DNA of 64,000 nt from an uncultured virus (IMG/VR IMGVR_UViG_3300025896_000027) (lineage: Duplodnaviria; Heunggongvirae; Uroviricota; Caudoviricetes; Schitoviridae). Positions 1 to 9,190 of this stretch are shown here, piece after piece. The notes below the pieces were generated by a model. The model searched no databases. It saw nothing but the letters and a program-made list of their open reading frames with translations, and was not told the DNA's origin. Location: the IMG/VR virus record IMGVR_UViG_3300025896_000027; one strand, 5' to 3'. The position numbers were made by a program, and so were the translations under genes. How positions within the stretch are numbered: the first letter of the stretch is position 1; each line of letters opens with the position of its first letter.

Positions 1-266
1 AGCTCGTCTTCCACGGTGAAAAGCAGGCTACGTGCTTCGACCTTTTGCCATTGCGACCATTGGCCGAAATCGGCCGCATGTTGGTTGCTCCCAAGGTGCC
101 GCCATTCCCAACACACCGGCTCCTGCGCCTGTTGGGCGAGGGCGGCAAGTGCGTAGGCGTGCATTTGGGCAGCGCTGTAGCTCCATACGTCTTTGCCCGT
201 GTCGTCGTCAAAGCAGTGAGTGTCAGGCTCAGGCAGTGGTGGCAATTGGTTGGGGGTAGGGCTCAT
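1..266 (-). CDS. hypothetical phage protein (partial, runs off window start)
   Basis: Not in the ORF track. ATG at 266 is preceded by AAGAAAG and the frame is open to position 1: MSPTPNQLPPLPEPDTHCFDDDTGKDVWSYSAAQMHAYALAALAQQAQEPVCWEW... Confidence 0.7.
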   Translation of the reverse strand, partial: MSPTPNQLPPLPEPDTHCFDDDTGKDVWSYSAAQMHAYALAALAQQAQEPVCWEWRHLGSNQHAADFGQWSQWQKVEARSLLFTVEDE

Positions 267-283
267 GTGTTTCTTTCTTGGCT

Positions 284-667
284 TCAAGCCATAGCACCGT
301 GGAGGTACTTCAAAGGTAATGCAGTGAGGTACTTAACGCGAACATGCTCAGTACGGCTTTCCCAAGGCTTCTCTTCATTGAAGATGAGCACCTTTATCCG
401 AGCACCGGATTCAAGGGCTACAACCTTTTTTTCTTCGAACAGGTACGGATGCCCTTGCTGGGCAAATTCAACGCACTGGAGAGGCTCTGGTGGCTTACTA
501 GCCCTATGTTCGGCAATGTCACGAATATCCCGGAGGGATTCAGCCATTTTTATAGGGGGATTTGTAGGATCGAATCCTTTGGCTTTTATCGCCTGAAGAA
601 CACTCCCTGCGTTGATAACTACCTGTTCCAGGTACTGCATGCGATTAGCAGGGGATTTCTTGCTCAT
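284..667 (-). CDS. hypothetical protein
   Basis: 127-aa ORF in a tightly packed minus-strand run. Confidence 0.65.
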   Translation of the reverse strand: MSKKSPANRMQYLEQVVINAGSVLQAIKAKGFDPTNPPIKMAESLRDIRDIAEHRASKPPEPLQCVEFAQQGHPYLFEEKKVVALESGARIKVLIFNEEKPWESRTEHVRVKYLTALPLKYLHGAMA

Positions 668-872
668 TGGAATCAGGTGCTTTCAACAAAGGCAGATCGA
701 AGATCAAGCCAGGTGATTTGGAGGGCTTGGGGACCAGAGCCAGGACAGCACCTTGAATAGGTTCCATACCTTCTTGGTTCATCACCAGATGGCGAGCTGC
801 TTCGATGTCGTCACAGTCGGAGACATCGACCTGGGCAAGTTTGCCTTGGTCACGGTAGTAGATGCTGATCAT
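645..872 (-). CDS. hypothetical protein
   Basis: 75-aa ORF overlapping its neighbour on the same strand. Confidence 0.6.
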   Translation of the reverse strand: MISIYYRDQGKLAQVDVSDCDDIEAARHLVMNQEGMEPIQGAVLALVPKPSKSPGLIFDLPLLKAPDSNEQEIPC

Positions 873-974
873 GGTGAGTGCTTCGATAGGGGGAACAACT
901 TGATCTCATCGGTATTGAGGAACGTGTCATGTGCTCCCAATACCTTTCTCTTTTGGTTAAAAAATCACCAAGCC

Positions 975-1223
975 TCACGGAGTGAGGCTCTGTCCGTCTT
1001 GTTTGTGGTGGCTATCCACTGCTTGCTGTGCAGCAAATACAGAAGGGAAATCCTTCTTCACTTGATGACCAAGACAGGTGTAAACAGTCACAGCCCCATT
1101 GCCAGAAGAATGCCGTATCAAGCTAAAGCCACGATAGCTCGCTTGGTAGTACTTAGATGATTCGATCCGCATGATCTTCTCCTTGAAGCATGATGACGTA
1201 CTCTTCTTGAAGTCGCTTCTCAT
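975..1223 (-). CDS. hypothetical protein (true start may be the internal MRIESS Met)
   Basis: ORF in the minus-strand run; GGAG upstream of the internal Met. Confidence 0.5.
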   Translation of the reverse strand: MRSDFKKSTSSCFKEKIMRIESSKYYQASYRGFSLIRHSSGNGAVTVYTCLGHQVKKDFPSVFAAQQAVDSHHKQDGQSLTP

Positions 1224-1356
1224 CCTGTGGTTTGATGTGTTTGTTGATCCATGGATCGGGACGCAAGTTGTTATCCAGGATCACATAGTCGAAAGGCACC
1301 TCGACAAGTACTTTGCACTTGCAGGGGATGCCGTTGATGGTGGTAGAGAAGATCAT
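1153..1356 (-). CDS. hypothetical protein
   Basis: 67-aa ORF (INGIPC...FDYVILD), overlapping its neighbour. Confidence 0.6.
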   Translation of the reverse strand: MIFSTTINGIPCKCKVLVEVPFDYVILDNNLRPDPWINKHIKPQDEKRLQEEYVIMLQGEDHADRII

Positions 1357-1365
1357 GGGAGTGTT

Positions 1366-1542
1366 TCACTCTTTGGTTTTTTCAAGAGCCTTTTGCTGTA
1401 TCGAAAACTCATGCCGCATAACTTGGTTATAGGTTTGCATGAAAGAGATCAAGCACTTGGCATATAGAAAACCGGCCAATGCAGCCAGTAGTGAGAATGG
1501 CAAGGCGATCATGAAGATCAAGATTGCAAAGATGATTCGCAT
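1366..1542 (-). CDS. small membrane protein (58 aa)
   Basis: Not in the ORF track; AGGA RBS; MRIIFAILIFMIALPFSLLAALAGFLYAKCLISF... hydrophobic N-terminus. Confidence 0.6.
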   Translation of the reverse strand: MRIIFAILIFMIALPFSLLAALAGFLYAKCLISFMQTYNQVMRHEFSIQQKALEKTKE

Positions 1543-1580
1543 GTTTCAATTTCCTGTGTAGACGCTGACATATTGCCCAC

Positions 1581-1796
1581 TCATTCTGGTTCCCGATCAG
1601 AGCTAGGAAGCAATGACTTGATGCGATCACACCAAGCAGAGATGACCTCATTGAAGCCATCACCTGTGACATAGCCTACGGCATAGCCAACTTTGATGAT
1701 GGCCCAGATAAAGCCAATGACAGCAGGGATGGCAATCAAGGCAAGGAAGCACAAGACGATTGCTAGAAGCAGCACTGTCTGAATGATGGCTGACAT
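1581..1796 (-). CDS. small membrane protein
   Basis: C-terminal part of track ORF 1581-2153 from MSAIIQTVLLLAIVLCFLALIAIPAVIGFIWAII; long hydrophobic segment. Confidence 0.6.
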   Translation of the reverse strand: MSAIIQTVLLLAIVLCFLALIAIPAVIGFIWAIIKVGYAVGYVTGDGFNEVISAWCDRIKSLLPSSDREPE

Positions 1797-1818
1797 TGCA
1801 TTGGTGGTTTGGTTCACT

Positions 1819-2013
1819 TCATTTCCGATCTGCCCTCTTAGGGCGTTCTTGGCAGCGATCAAGTCGCTTTTGCAGCTTGTCGGCCAGTTCCCATTCATCA
1901 GTATCTTCTCTGGTGAAGAGATTAGGAGCTTGGGAATGGCCTGCTTCGTTCTGGGCCTGATATCGAAGGGCTCCGATACAGGCTTCCAGTTCAGTTGGTG
2001 AGATGGCTGGCAT
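1819..2013 (-). CDS. hypothetical protein
   Basis: 64-aa ORF with GAGG RBS, overlapping the upstream gene. Confidence 0.55.
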   Translation of the reverse strand: MPAISPTELEACIGALRYQAQNEAGHSQAPNLFTREDTDEWELADKLQKRLDRCQERPKRADRK

Positions 2014-2395
2014 TGAGCAGTTCCTCTGGTACCTCTACGGTTTCGCCCAGCTTGGACATCACGTAGCAGCGCATGGCGGCAATCAACGGCTTGTGGTCCC
2101 ATTGTGTGAACTTGGAGGAGTGCCTGATATCCGCCTGCCAGAACTCCGCCCACCGGGTCGATTGTGATGCCAAGCTGATGTTCTCTCGCTCAATGATCGG
2201 CCCGCCCACTGCCCAGTTACGGGAGGGTTCGTAAGGCTGAACCCACGAGGGCATCAGCACACATACCCGGCGAGGGGTATCTTCGGACACCGGAGTCACC
2301 CAATGGGATGTGAAGACCGGCTTGTGCCCCACACACGTCGCCACCAACCAGTCCAGGGTAGTGCCGGCGGCTTCGTCTACTTTGATCGATTTCAT
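1991..2395 (-). CDS. NinX/DUF2591-like phage protein
   Basis: LDWLVA...YEPSRNWAVGGPIIERENISL...PLIAAMRCYVMSKLG pattern. Confidence 0.75.
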   Translation of the reverse strand: MKSIKVDEAAGTTLDWLVATCVGHKPVFTSHWVTPVSEDTPRRVCVLMPSWVQPYEPSRNWAVGGPIIERENISLASQSTRWAEFWQADIRHSSKFTQWDHKPLIAAMRCYVMSKLGETVEVPEELLNASHLTN

Positions 2396-3252
2396 TGGTT
2401 TCCTTGCGCCGGTTCCAGCATCTTCTCCTTGGCTTTATTGCAAAGCTTTCGGAGGGTTGCTTGATCGGCATTGTTGGGTAGGGTTGTTGGATGTGCCCAG
2501 TCAGGCCAGAAGATGTCCAGGTTGGCACCCAACTTCACAGTGGGATGTTGCAACTCAGGAAGCTCTTGCCATTGCATGGACTTGATCAGCTCACGGTTGG
2601 CCCATTCCACGACCTCCACGTCATCTCTGACAAGGATGTAGATTGCGTCATGGATCAGTGCTACTGGCTTGATGTCGTAGCGATACTTCGATGCCCAGAC
2701 CTTCTGCATGAACTCCACAGCAGCACGGTTGTTCAACAGGCCATAGGATTGGCCCAGTGCATTCCCAGCAGTACGTCCTTCAGCAGCAGCCGCATAAGGC
2801 ACGCTGGAGCTACCGAAGATCACTTGCTTGAGCATGGGTGTTCGTACCCTCAGACCGAAAGCCACTTCCACATAGCCGTCCTTGGATGCCTGTTGAAGAC
2901 GCATCTGTGTGTACTCATCAGACACCTTGTACAGCTCGTGGTAGTTGGCTTCAATGGCTTGGGACTTGTCCTGTGGCCATCCTAGGTTGCTCATCATCCC
3001 GTGGTAGGTGCCACCGTAGGTCAACAGGAAGGTGGGCGCCTTGGAATCTTGACGAAGCTCGGGATGTGTCTTTTTGATTGAGTTGATGGAATCAACTGTG
3101 TCTTCAATGTCAGGACACTGCTCCCTAAAGTAGCTGTATGCACGAAGACAGTGACCGTCATACCCAGGGGTCTGGCCAATCTCTTTGATGGTAACAGTGT
3201 CCTCCTTACGGATGACAACCGTTGATTTTTTCAAGGTTCCGAAGTGCTGCAT
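2392..3252 (-). CDS. DNA polymerase family A, C-terminal fragment
   Basis: GYDGHCLRAY, motif B RQDSKAPTFLLTYGG, motif C LIHDAIY. Confidence 0.93.
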   Translation of the reverse strand: MQHFGTLKKSTVVIRKEDTVTIKEIGQTPGYDGHCLRAYSYFREQCPDIEDTVDSINSIKKTHPELRQDSKAPTFLLTYGGTYHGMMSNLGWPQDKSQAIEANYHELYKVSDEYTQMRLQQASKDGYVEVAFGLRVRTPMLKQVIFGSSSVPYAAAAEGRTAGNALGQSYGLLNNRAAVEFMQKVWASKYRYDIKPVALIHDAIYILVRDDVEVVEWANRELIKSMQWQELPELQHPTVKLGANLDIFWPDWAHPTTLPNNADQATLRKLCNKAKEKMLEPAQGNQ

Positions 3253-3751
3253 GACGGCGGTTCTCTTTCATGATGGTGTTCCACTGATCGTGAATGCCAA
3301 GTTTCTTGGCGGCTTCACGCAGCATCTTGTGCATGGTTTCTGGCCTACGCCCGATGTCGGCAGCCAGATCGGATACCTGACGGCCCCCGAGAATCTCATG
3401 AAGGTATTTCACTCGATCATCGAAAGACATGAAGCCAGAGGCCAGTCCAGTTTCGAGAGCGTGATTGGCATTCTCTTCGTGGGTACACCACTCAAGATTG
3501 CACCAATCGTTGTTGGTCTTTACGCCATCTACGTGGTTGACCACAGGATGCTGGTAAGGATTGGGGAGGTAGTGCAGGGCAACTAGCCGGTGAATCAGCA
3601 ACTGTTGTTGCTTGGTTCCATCGGAGAGGCTCACTTTCAAGTAGCCGTTTGGGTTGAGTACTGGCGTCAGGAACTCGTTGTTCCTTCTGCTCAGTACTCG
3701 TCCGTCATCGGCAATCAAATACCTCTCTTCAAAGTGGGCGATGGGTTTCAT
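3206..3751 (-). CDS. HNH homing endonuclease (NUMOD4-like N-terminus) inserted in the polymerase gene
   Basis: NGYLKVSL...IHRLVALHYL...VNHVDGVKTNNDWCNLEWCTHEENANHA; possible C-terminal HTH; overlaps both polymerase fragments. Confidence 0.92.
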   Translation of the reverse strand: MKPIAHFEERYLIADDGRVLSRRNNEFLTPVLNPNGYLKVSLSDGTKQQQLLIHRLVALHYLPNPYQHPVVNHVDGVKTNNDWCNLEWCTHEENANHALETGLASGFMSFDDRVKYLHEILGGRQVSDLAADIGRRPETMHKMLREAAKKLGIHDQWNTIMKENRRHAALRNLEKINGCHP

Positions 3752-5762
3752 AGAATTGCTCCGCTGTCATGGTATTCCCATCATACTCGATAATAGTATC
3801 ATCTCGGATTTGATGGGTCACACCGTTGATGTTGAGTCCGTAAACCTTGTGCCCGGTATATACCTTCAGCTTGTTTGGATCCTTGGTGGTCAGAGCAGAA
3901 ACATAGTCCTCCAACGAGTTGAAGTCTGCACCACAGAACAGCCAACCATAAGCTGCCATGAAAGCTGACTTGATCAGCTTCGCATAGTGACTATTGGCAG
4001 GGATGTTCTGAAGGTTAGGTTCGCTGGAGCTTAGGCGGCCAGATACCGTGCCACCGAGGTTGAAGTTGCCATGCAGATACCGCATGCCATCTGCCTTCAT
4101 GATCCCTCGCTCGAAAGCTGGGATGAAGGTAGACAAGATCTTGGTGACCTTGCCGTAGTTGATCAACGCTTGCAGGAGATCCTTGTAGGCTGGCTCCTGG
4201 GTGTGGTTGATCAACTTCTCGATGGTTTCAGCCCCTGTAGCAGGTTGCTTGGTGTCTGTCAGATCTATGACGGGCAAGCCCATCTGCTCGTACAGCAACC
4301 GTTGAAGCTGAGGACCACTGTTGGGGTTGAACTCCTTGGTGTCGAAAGCAGCAAGCTGCTTGGGAAGGATCTTCCCAGGATTCTTGGCTTTGGCTTTGCG
4401 ATCCTCGTAGTCCTTCTCCCACTCACTGCGTTGCAGGAGCAGGGTCAGAGTCTTGATCACATTGCTGTTGCGAAGTACATTGATCTGATCCTGTTGGTAA
4501 GCCTCAAGCTTTGCCTTGATCTCTTGGATCTTGGCATCGCTCATCGGCATGCCTGTCAGCTCGATCTGGATGATCAGCTTCAGGCTTGGCAGCATCAGCT
4601 CGTGGTACAGCTTCTCCTGGTTGTCGCGCACCATGACCGGATAGTTCTTCTCCTTCACATAGTTGGTGGACAAGGTATCCACCAAGTTGTACTGAAGGAG
4701 CTTGTCGATAGGCACTTGTCGAATGTCTTTGACATCCACTGCCCAATTGCCAGCGAACTCATGAGCCAAGGCTTTCAAGCCAAGCTCATTACCTGCCGTG
4801 GAGTTGGTGGCCAGATACGAGATGATCTTGGTGTCATCAAATGAACGAGTCATCGTATCCAGGCCAGTGAGCAGGCCTGCAGTGTCCAGGGAGTCTTTCA
4901 TCCACAGTGCAAAGATGATGGCCTTCAGGTCATAAGGTGCGTTGTGCCAGGTGAGCTTTCCCTTGTAGGTCAGGAAGAAGTTCAGCAGGAGCTTGCGAAC
5001 TGATTGGTTTGGGCTGAAATATCCCTCGTAGGCAGCGATATCGATATCACACTCTTTATCGTAAGAACCGTCCTTATTCCAGATCTCTTTGTAGTCACAT
5101 GCGAAAGCCAACCCGTTGTGCTTGTCCCATGCGAAGGAAATCGTTCCGATCCCTGCCTCGTTAAAACGAAGCGAGAAGCCCTCAATGTCTGCGGACAGCT
5201 CTGGGTATTGGTGGAGCGATTCAAGAGCCTGTGCGATCTCCTGGACCCCTTGCGGGTACCGTGCCGAATGAATGATGGTGGAACCGATGACGGCATAGCT
5301 GCCATTGATCCTCGCCGCCAACGTGTCCAGGCTCAAGGTGAGCTTGGCTTGAAGGGATGGGTTGTAGAAGAGCTGTGCGTAGTTCACGCTCAACACCACT
5401 TCCATGTCTTCGAAGCCGGGGTATTTGCAAGGCATGGCATAGCCGAAATGCGGATCTGCCTTGAGCTGTTTGGTCAGCACCTTGAAGTAGGAGCTGTCGG
5501 ACACGAAGAGGTACTTCACACCGAGGGATTTCAAGGCAGGCAGGAGTTTGTCCAGGTAGTCTTTGATGAAGCCAGCAGGGGCTTTACCATCACTGTTGTA
5601 CTCCAGGGTGAAGCCAATGACATCCTGCTTTTTGATTCCCTTGGCTTGCATGGGAATCACGTAGTTGGTCAGGAGTTCCTGCCTGTTGAAGGAACTGCTC
5701 TTGCTCAGAACAGCAATGCTGTAGCGATTGGTGGGGTTCTCTTCGAACAAGTGATGACGCAT
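3729..5762 (-). CDS. DNA polymerase family A, N-terminal fragment (3'-5' exonuclease, thumb, motif A)
   Basis: ExoI DIEG, ExoII HNAPYDL, ExoIII YNLVD; TVSGRLSSSEPNLQNIP; motif A GADFNSLE. Confidence 0.93.
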   Translation of the reverse strand: MRHHLFEENPTNRYSIAVLSKSSSFNRQELLTNYVIPMQAKGIKKQDVIGFTLEYNSDGKAPAGFIKDYLDKLLPALKSLGVKYLFVSDSSYFKVLTKQLKADPHFGYAMPCKYPGFEDMEVVLSVNYAQLFYNPSLQAKLTLSLDTLAARINGSYAVIGSTIIHSARYPQGVQEIAQALESLHQYPELSADIEGFSLRFNEAGIGTISFAWDKHNGLAFACDYKEIWNKDGSYDKECDIDIAAYEGYFSPNQSVRKLLLNFFLTYKGKLTWHNAPYDLKAIIFALWMKDSLDTAGLLTGLDTMTRSFDDTKIISYLATNSTAGNELGLKALAHEFAGNWAVDVKDIRQVPIDKLLQYNLVDTLSTNYVKEKNYPVMVRDNQEKLYHELMLPSLKLIIQIELTGMPMSDAKIQEIKAKLEAYQQDQINVLRNSNVIKTLTLLLQRSEWEKDYEDRKAKAKNPGKILPKQLAAFDTKEFNPNSGPQLQRLLYEQMGLPVIDLTDTKQPATGAETIEKLINHTQEPAYKDLLQALINYGKVTKILSTFIPAFERGIMKADGMRYLHGNFNLGGTVSGRLSSSEPNLQNIPANSHYAKLIKSAFMAAYGWLFCGADFNSLEDYVSALTTKDPNKLKVYTGHKVYGLNINGVTHQIRDDTIIEYDGNTMTAEQFYETHRPL

Positions 5763-5772
5763 AGGGCCTCTT

Positions 5773-6288
5773 TCACATCAGCAAGTTCCTAATCATCCTC
5801 TGCTTCATCAAACTGATGGAGTGTTGGTTGATCTGCTGAATTTCATTAACGGTTTCTTGGGGGAGTTCCTTTGCCCTGCAAGGCCAGCTCTTGATCATCT
5901 TCTCGATAGGTTCATGGACCGATTCGGGAAGAAGCCTGAGGTAGTCACTGAGGACATTGGATGAATTGAGTACCTGATTGATGAAGCCAAGAACATAGGG
6001 AATTTCCGTATCGTTCAGGGTCTTCAGGTCTTTCAGGTACGCATCCATGTAGGGAACCAACTGTGGCAGCAACTTGTTTGACTTGCGTGGTGGAGGCGTA
6101 CCGTCACAGTTGTACAAAACGCCTTTGTACATGAACGAGTTGTGAGCGTGCTGACCGAGTAGGGAATTCTTCACGATCAGCGTCGTCAGTCGTTGAGCAA
6201 AGTGCTTTTCAACTGGCTCATACAGGTACATATACAGGGCGTTCTTGATTTGCTGCTTGGCTCGTGGGTCGAGTTGAAGCGGTTCCAT
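5773..6288 (-). CDS. conserved N4-like hypothetical protein between helicase and polymerase
   Basis: 171-aa ORF at a syntenic position. Confidence 0.7.
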   Translation of the reverse strand: MEPLQLDPRAKQQIKNALYMYLYEPVEKHFAQRLTTLIVKNSLLGQHAHNSFMYKGVLYNCDGTPPPRKSNKLLPQLVPYMDAYLKDLKTLNDTEIPYVLGFINQVLNSSNVLSDYLRLLPESVHEPIEKMIKSWPCRAKELPQETVNEIQQINQHSISLMKQRMIRNLLM

Positions 6289-6309
6289 GATTCTCTCGAA
6301 AGAGGAAGG

Positions 6310-7605
6310 TTACTTGCCGAAGTCCCCAGTCAAGAAGACTTGATGGCGAGCACGGGAGATGGCGACGTACAACATGCGAGCGATCTGATCGCCGGAGTTG
6401 CAACCACTGATGTCATCCAGGTCGATGTATACGCGGTCATAGGTTGAGCCTTGGCTCTTGTTGACCGTCTGTGCATACGCACCTCGGAGATCAATCCATT
6501 GGTTTTCGATCTCCTGGATGAGGGAGTACTCATTGGATGCTCTGGCTTGCTTCAGACGAGCATTTTTCGATGCCAGTGTCTTGGGCATGAATGCAGCTAT
6601 GGTCCCATCAAGATTGAACCAGTTTCCAGATACATCATTATGAATTACGTCTTCACTGATCGAACTGATCTGCACCAAGGCATCGGTCTTGATGCTCTTG
6701 TTGCCAATCTGGATGTAAGAGTTGCAGACAGCGTAGTCCCCTTCCTCAAAGTGAGGATCACCCTTGATCAAATTGCGAATGGCTTGGTTGTAGAAGACTA
6801 CTTTCTTGTTGGTCCAAGCCAGGAACTTGGAGTCCTTGTATCGCCAGTCAGGACGGGTGAACTCATCGGTGATGGCTTGGTCGAAGTCATCCCGATTCAT
6901 GTGCTTGACGTGGTGTCCGTCGAGCACGATGTTGGTTGGGAATTCACCTGTGTTGACCGTGTGACGGAACTTGGTAGACAGGTCGATGATGGGATTGCCT
7001 TCGGCCTGACGAACCACCGTGGTCAATGATGCTTCGAGAAAGCCTGCCTTGAACACAGGAGCATCGGTGGACTTCACAGGGGTGAGCTGTGCAGGATCTC
7101 CGATGAAGACGATCTTGCAGTCCTTGGTCATCTTGAAGATGTAGTCCAGGAGCTGCTTGTCTACATAGCTGGCTTCGTCGATGAAGAGCAGATAGCCTTG
7201 CTTGATGTCATTCTTGTTCCTGGGGATCAGGGTGGTCTTGCCAGAGTTGTAGTCCGTCTGCACACGCAAACCAAGGAATGAATGGATCGTTCCACAGGTA
7301 TGTCCTGTGATCAGAGCGAAGTTCTCTGCTGCCTTGTTGGTGGTGGCAGTCAGCGCAACCATGTACCCAGGAGTATCTGGATCCAACAGGAGTTGGGTCT
7401 TCAGGAAGTTGGGGAGCTGATCGAGAATGGTCTTGACCAGGGTGGACTTGCCACAACCAGAGTAGCCCGAGAGCACCATGACCTGTTCAACAGGATTGCA
7501 TAGGAATTGCTGGAAGGTTGCCAGTGCAGCTTCTTGGTCAGTAGTCAGGTCAATGGACGGTTCTTCTTTGACTTCAGGAATGTCTTCGATGGTTGCGGTG
7601 TTCAT
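6310..7605 (-). CDS. Dda/RecD-like SF1 DNA helicase
   Basis: Walker A GYSGCGKS, TIHSFL, Walker B IDEAS, GDPAQL, TVNKSQGST, LYVAISRAR. Confidence 0.93.
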   Translation of the reverse strand: MNTATIEDIPEVKEEPSIDLTTDQEAALATFQQFLCNPVEQVMVLSGYSGCGKSTLVKTILDQLPNFLKTQLLLDPDTPGYMVALTATTNKAAENFALITGHTCGTIHSFLGLRVQTDYNSGKTTLIPRNKNDIKQGYLLFIDEASYVDKQLLDYIFKMTKDCKIVFIGDPAQLTPVKSTDAPVFKAGFLEASLTTVVRQAEGNPIIDLSTKFRHTVNTGEFPTNIVLDGHHVKHMNRDDFDQAITDEFTRPDWRYKDSKFLAWTNKKVVFYNQAIRNLIKGDPHFEEGDYAVCNSYIQIGNKSIKTDALVQISSISEDVIHNDVSGNWFNLDGTIAAFMPKTLASKNARLKQARASNEYSLIQEIENQWIDLRGAYAQTVNKSQGSTYDRVYIDLDDISGCNSGDQIARMLYVAISRARHQVFLTGDFGK

Positions 7606-7608
7606 GGC

Positions 7609-8736
7609 TTAGATTTCGTAGTTGATGACCTTCCCGAAGGGAGGTACAAATCCTGGGTTGTTGTGGATGAACCAGAGCGTTTTGCTCTTGGCTTGCAATT
7701 GCGGGAAAAGGAAATCACCATCGCTGAAAACCATGAGCAACTGAGGCTTGTGGGTATTAGCCCATTCGATGACCTCATGGATCTGGGTACCACCACGACC
7801 TACGAAATGAACCTTGGACAGTTCATCGAAGGAACGCAGTTGATCCACTGCCTTGATCTTGGTATCGAACTGGATCAAGGTGATCTTCTTTGGCTTCATC
7901 ATCTTGAAGATGCCACCCACTTCAGAGACAAAGACCTTGAAGTCATGGTCACTGACGGAACCTGAGGTATCCACGGCAATGGTCAGATCGATGAGTGATT
8001 CACCGAACTGGCTTGGAAGAATGTGCTCAGGGAAGAAGCGACGATTGGGCTTTCGGAAGCTGTAGTCAGTCTTGGCATATGACTGCACATACTTGCGAAG
8101 GATGGTCTGCCAAGGCAGCTTGGGGTTCAGCAGGTTGTCTAGGAAGATCTCGATCTCACCTGGAATTGTTCCAACAGCATCACCAGCCATCTTCGATTGG
8201 ATCGAAGCACGGACGATGATGTCTTGGATCTTGTGCTGAGCTTCCTGAGGGTCACCAGGAGCCTCTAGGAGGTCGCCTTGCATTTGGTTGGTACCGCCGG
8301 AGCCATCATCCCCTTCAGACTCAGGGAGGAGCTTGTAGACCTGTTCCGTGGACATGCCTTTGAACTGGGGATCTTTCAGAACCCAGTTAGGCATGCTGTA
8401 GCCACGTTTCTGAAGCATCAGGTTGATGACATGATCGGCAGCTTCATTCCAACGCTTCTTGTCCCGGCTCTTCAAGCGAGCAGGATCCAGATGCAGTAAA
8501 GCCATGTGAAGGCTTTCATGTACCAGGACGAAGACACGTTCCTTGGGATCCAAGCTCAAGAAGAACCTGGGATTGATGAACATGGATTCACCATCCACAC
8601 CAGCAGTAGGAATGTCATCGTTCCACTTGAACTTCAAGCTGAAGCAAAGGGTGGTGAAGAAGACGGAATCTGGCTTGCTCATGAGAGCAATCTTGGCTTT
8701 GCTCAAAGCCTGATCGTGTGCGGTTTGGGTAGTCAT
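7609..8736 (-). CDS. HExxH metallopeptidase-like + vWA domain protein (N4 gp25-like, DUF2201 type)
   Basis: VLVHESLH, WNEAADHVIN, MIDAS DTSGSV, GRGGT, FSDG; GGAG RBS before ATG 8736. Confidence 0.88.
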   Translation of the reverse strand: MTTQTAHDQALSKAKIALMSKPDSVFFTTLCFSLKFKWNDDIPTAGVDGESMFINPRFFLSLDPKERVFVLVHESLHMALLHLDPARLKSRDKKRWNEAADHVINLMLQKRGYSMPNWVLKDPQFKGMSTEQVYKLLPESEGDDGSGGTNQMQGDLLEAPGDPQEAQHKIQDIIVRASIQSKMAGDAVGTIPGEIEIFLDNLLNPKLPWQTILRKYVQSYAKTDYSFRKPNRRFFPEHILPSQFGESLIDLTIAVDTSGSVSDHDFKVFVSEVGGIFKMMKPKKITLIQFDTKIKAVDQLRSFDELSKVHFVGRGGTQIHEVIEWANTHKPQLLMVFSDGDFLFPQLQAKSKTLWFIHNNPGFVPPFGKVINYEI

Positions 8737-8816
8737 AAGACTCCATTCTTGAAATAAAAATGGAGGCTTATAGCCCCCTGAGTTCTTGAACCACACGGCG
8801 CAGGAGGCGCCTGTGG

Positions 8817-9188
8817 TTACTTGGTTATCCTGCCAGTAGGTGATCCGTAGGTCACGATGCGACCGCCATCATAGATACCAGTTATATGAGTGGTCATTTC
8901 TGATTGGACTTCAGCAATCCACTTGGCAAAATCTACGCCCTTAAAACGATTATCGAATTCAAAGAATTCAGACTCATTCAACAGCAAAGCTTTGGTCTTA
9001 CGAACCTTCTCAATCTGAGCAGGAATCTCCTTCTGAAGTTTGATCAGTACATCTTTTGGGACATGACCAAGATCTTCATTGAAGGTTCTTCCTGGGTACC
9101 GCTTCATGCGATAGCCCAGGACATTCATGGCAGAAAGGATCTCAGTTTCTGAGTACTTCCTGATTTGTTTGACGAGTCCACTGCTCAT
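8817..9188 (-). CDS. hypothetical protein
   Basis: 123-aa ORF inserted between the ATPase and vWA genes. Confidence 0.65.
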   Translation of the reverse strand: MSSGLVKQIRKYSETEILSAMNVLGYRMKRYPGRTFNEDLGHVPKDVLIKLQKEIPAQIEKVRKTKALLLNESEFFEFDNRFKGVDFAKWIAEVQSEMTTHITGIYDGGRIVTYGSPTGRITK

Positions 9189-9190
9189 GA

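Noticed and set aside
3163..3857. Group I intron or intein in the DNA polymerase
   Set aside because: The HNH ORF overlaps both polymerase ORFs in a different frame, the flanks are short and fully coding, and there are no intein terminal residues. Not formally excluded without RT-PCR.
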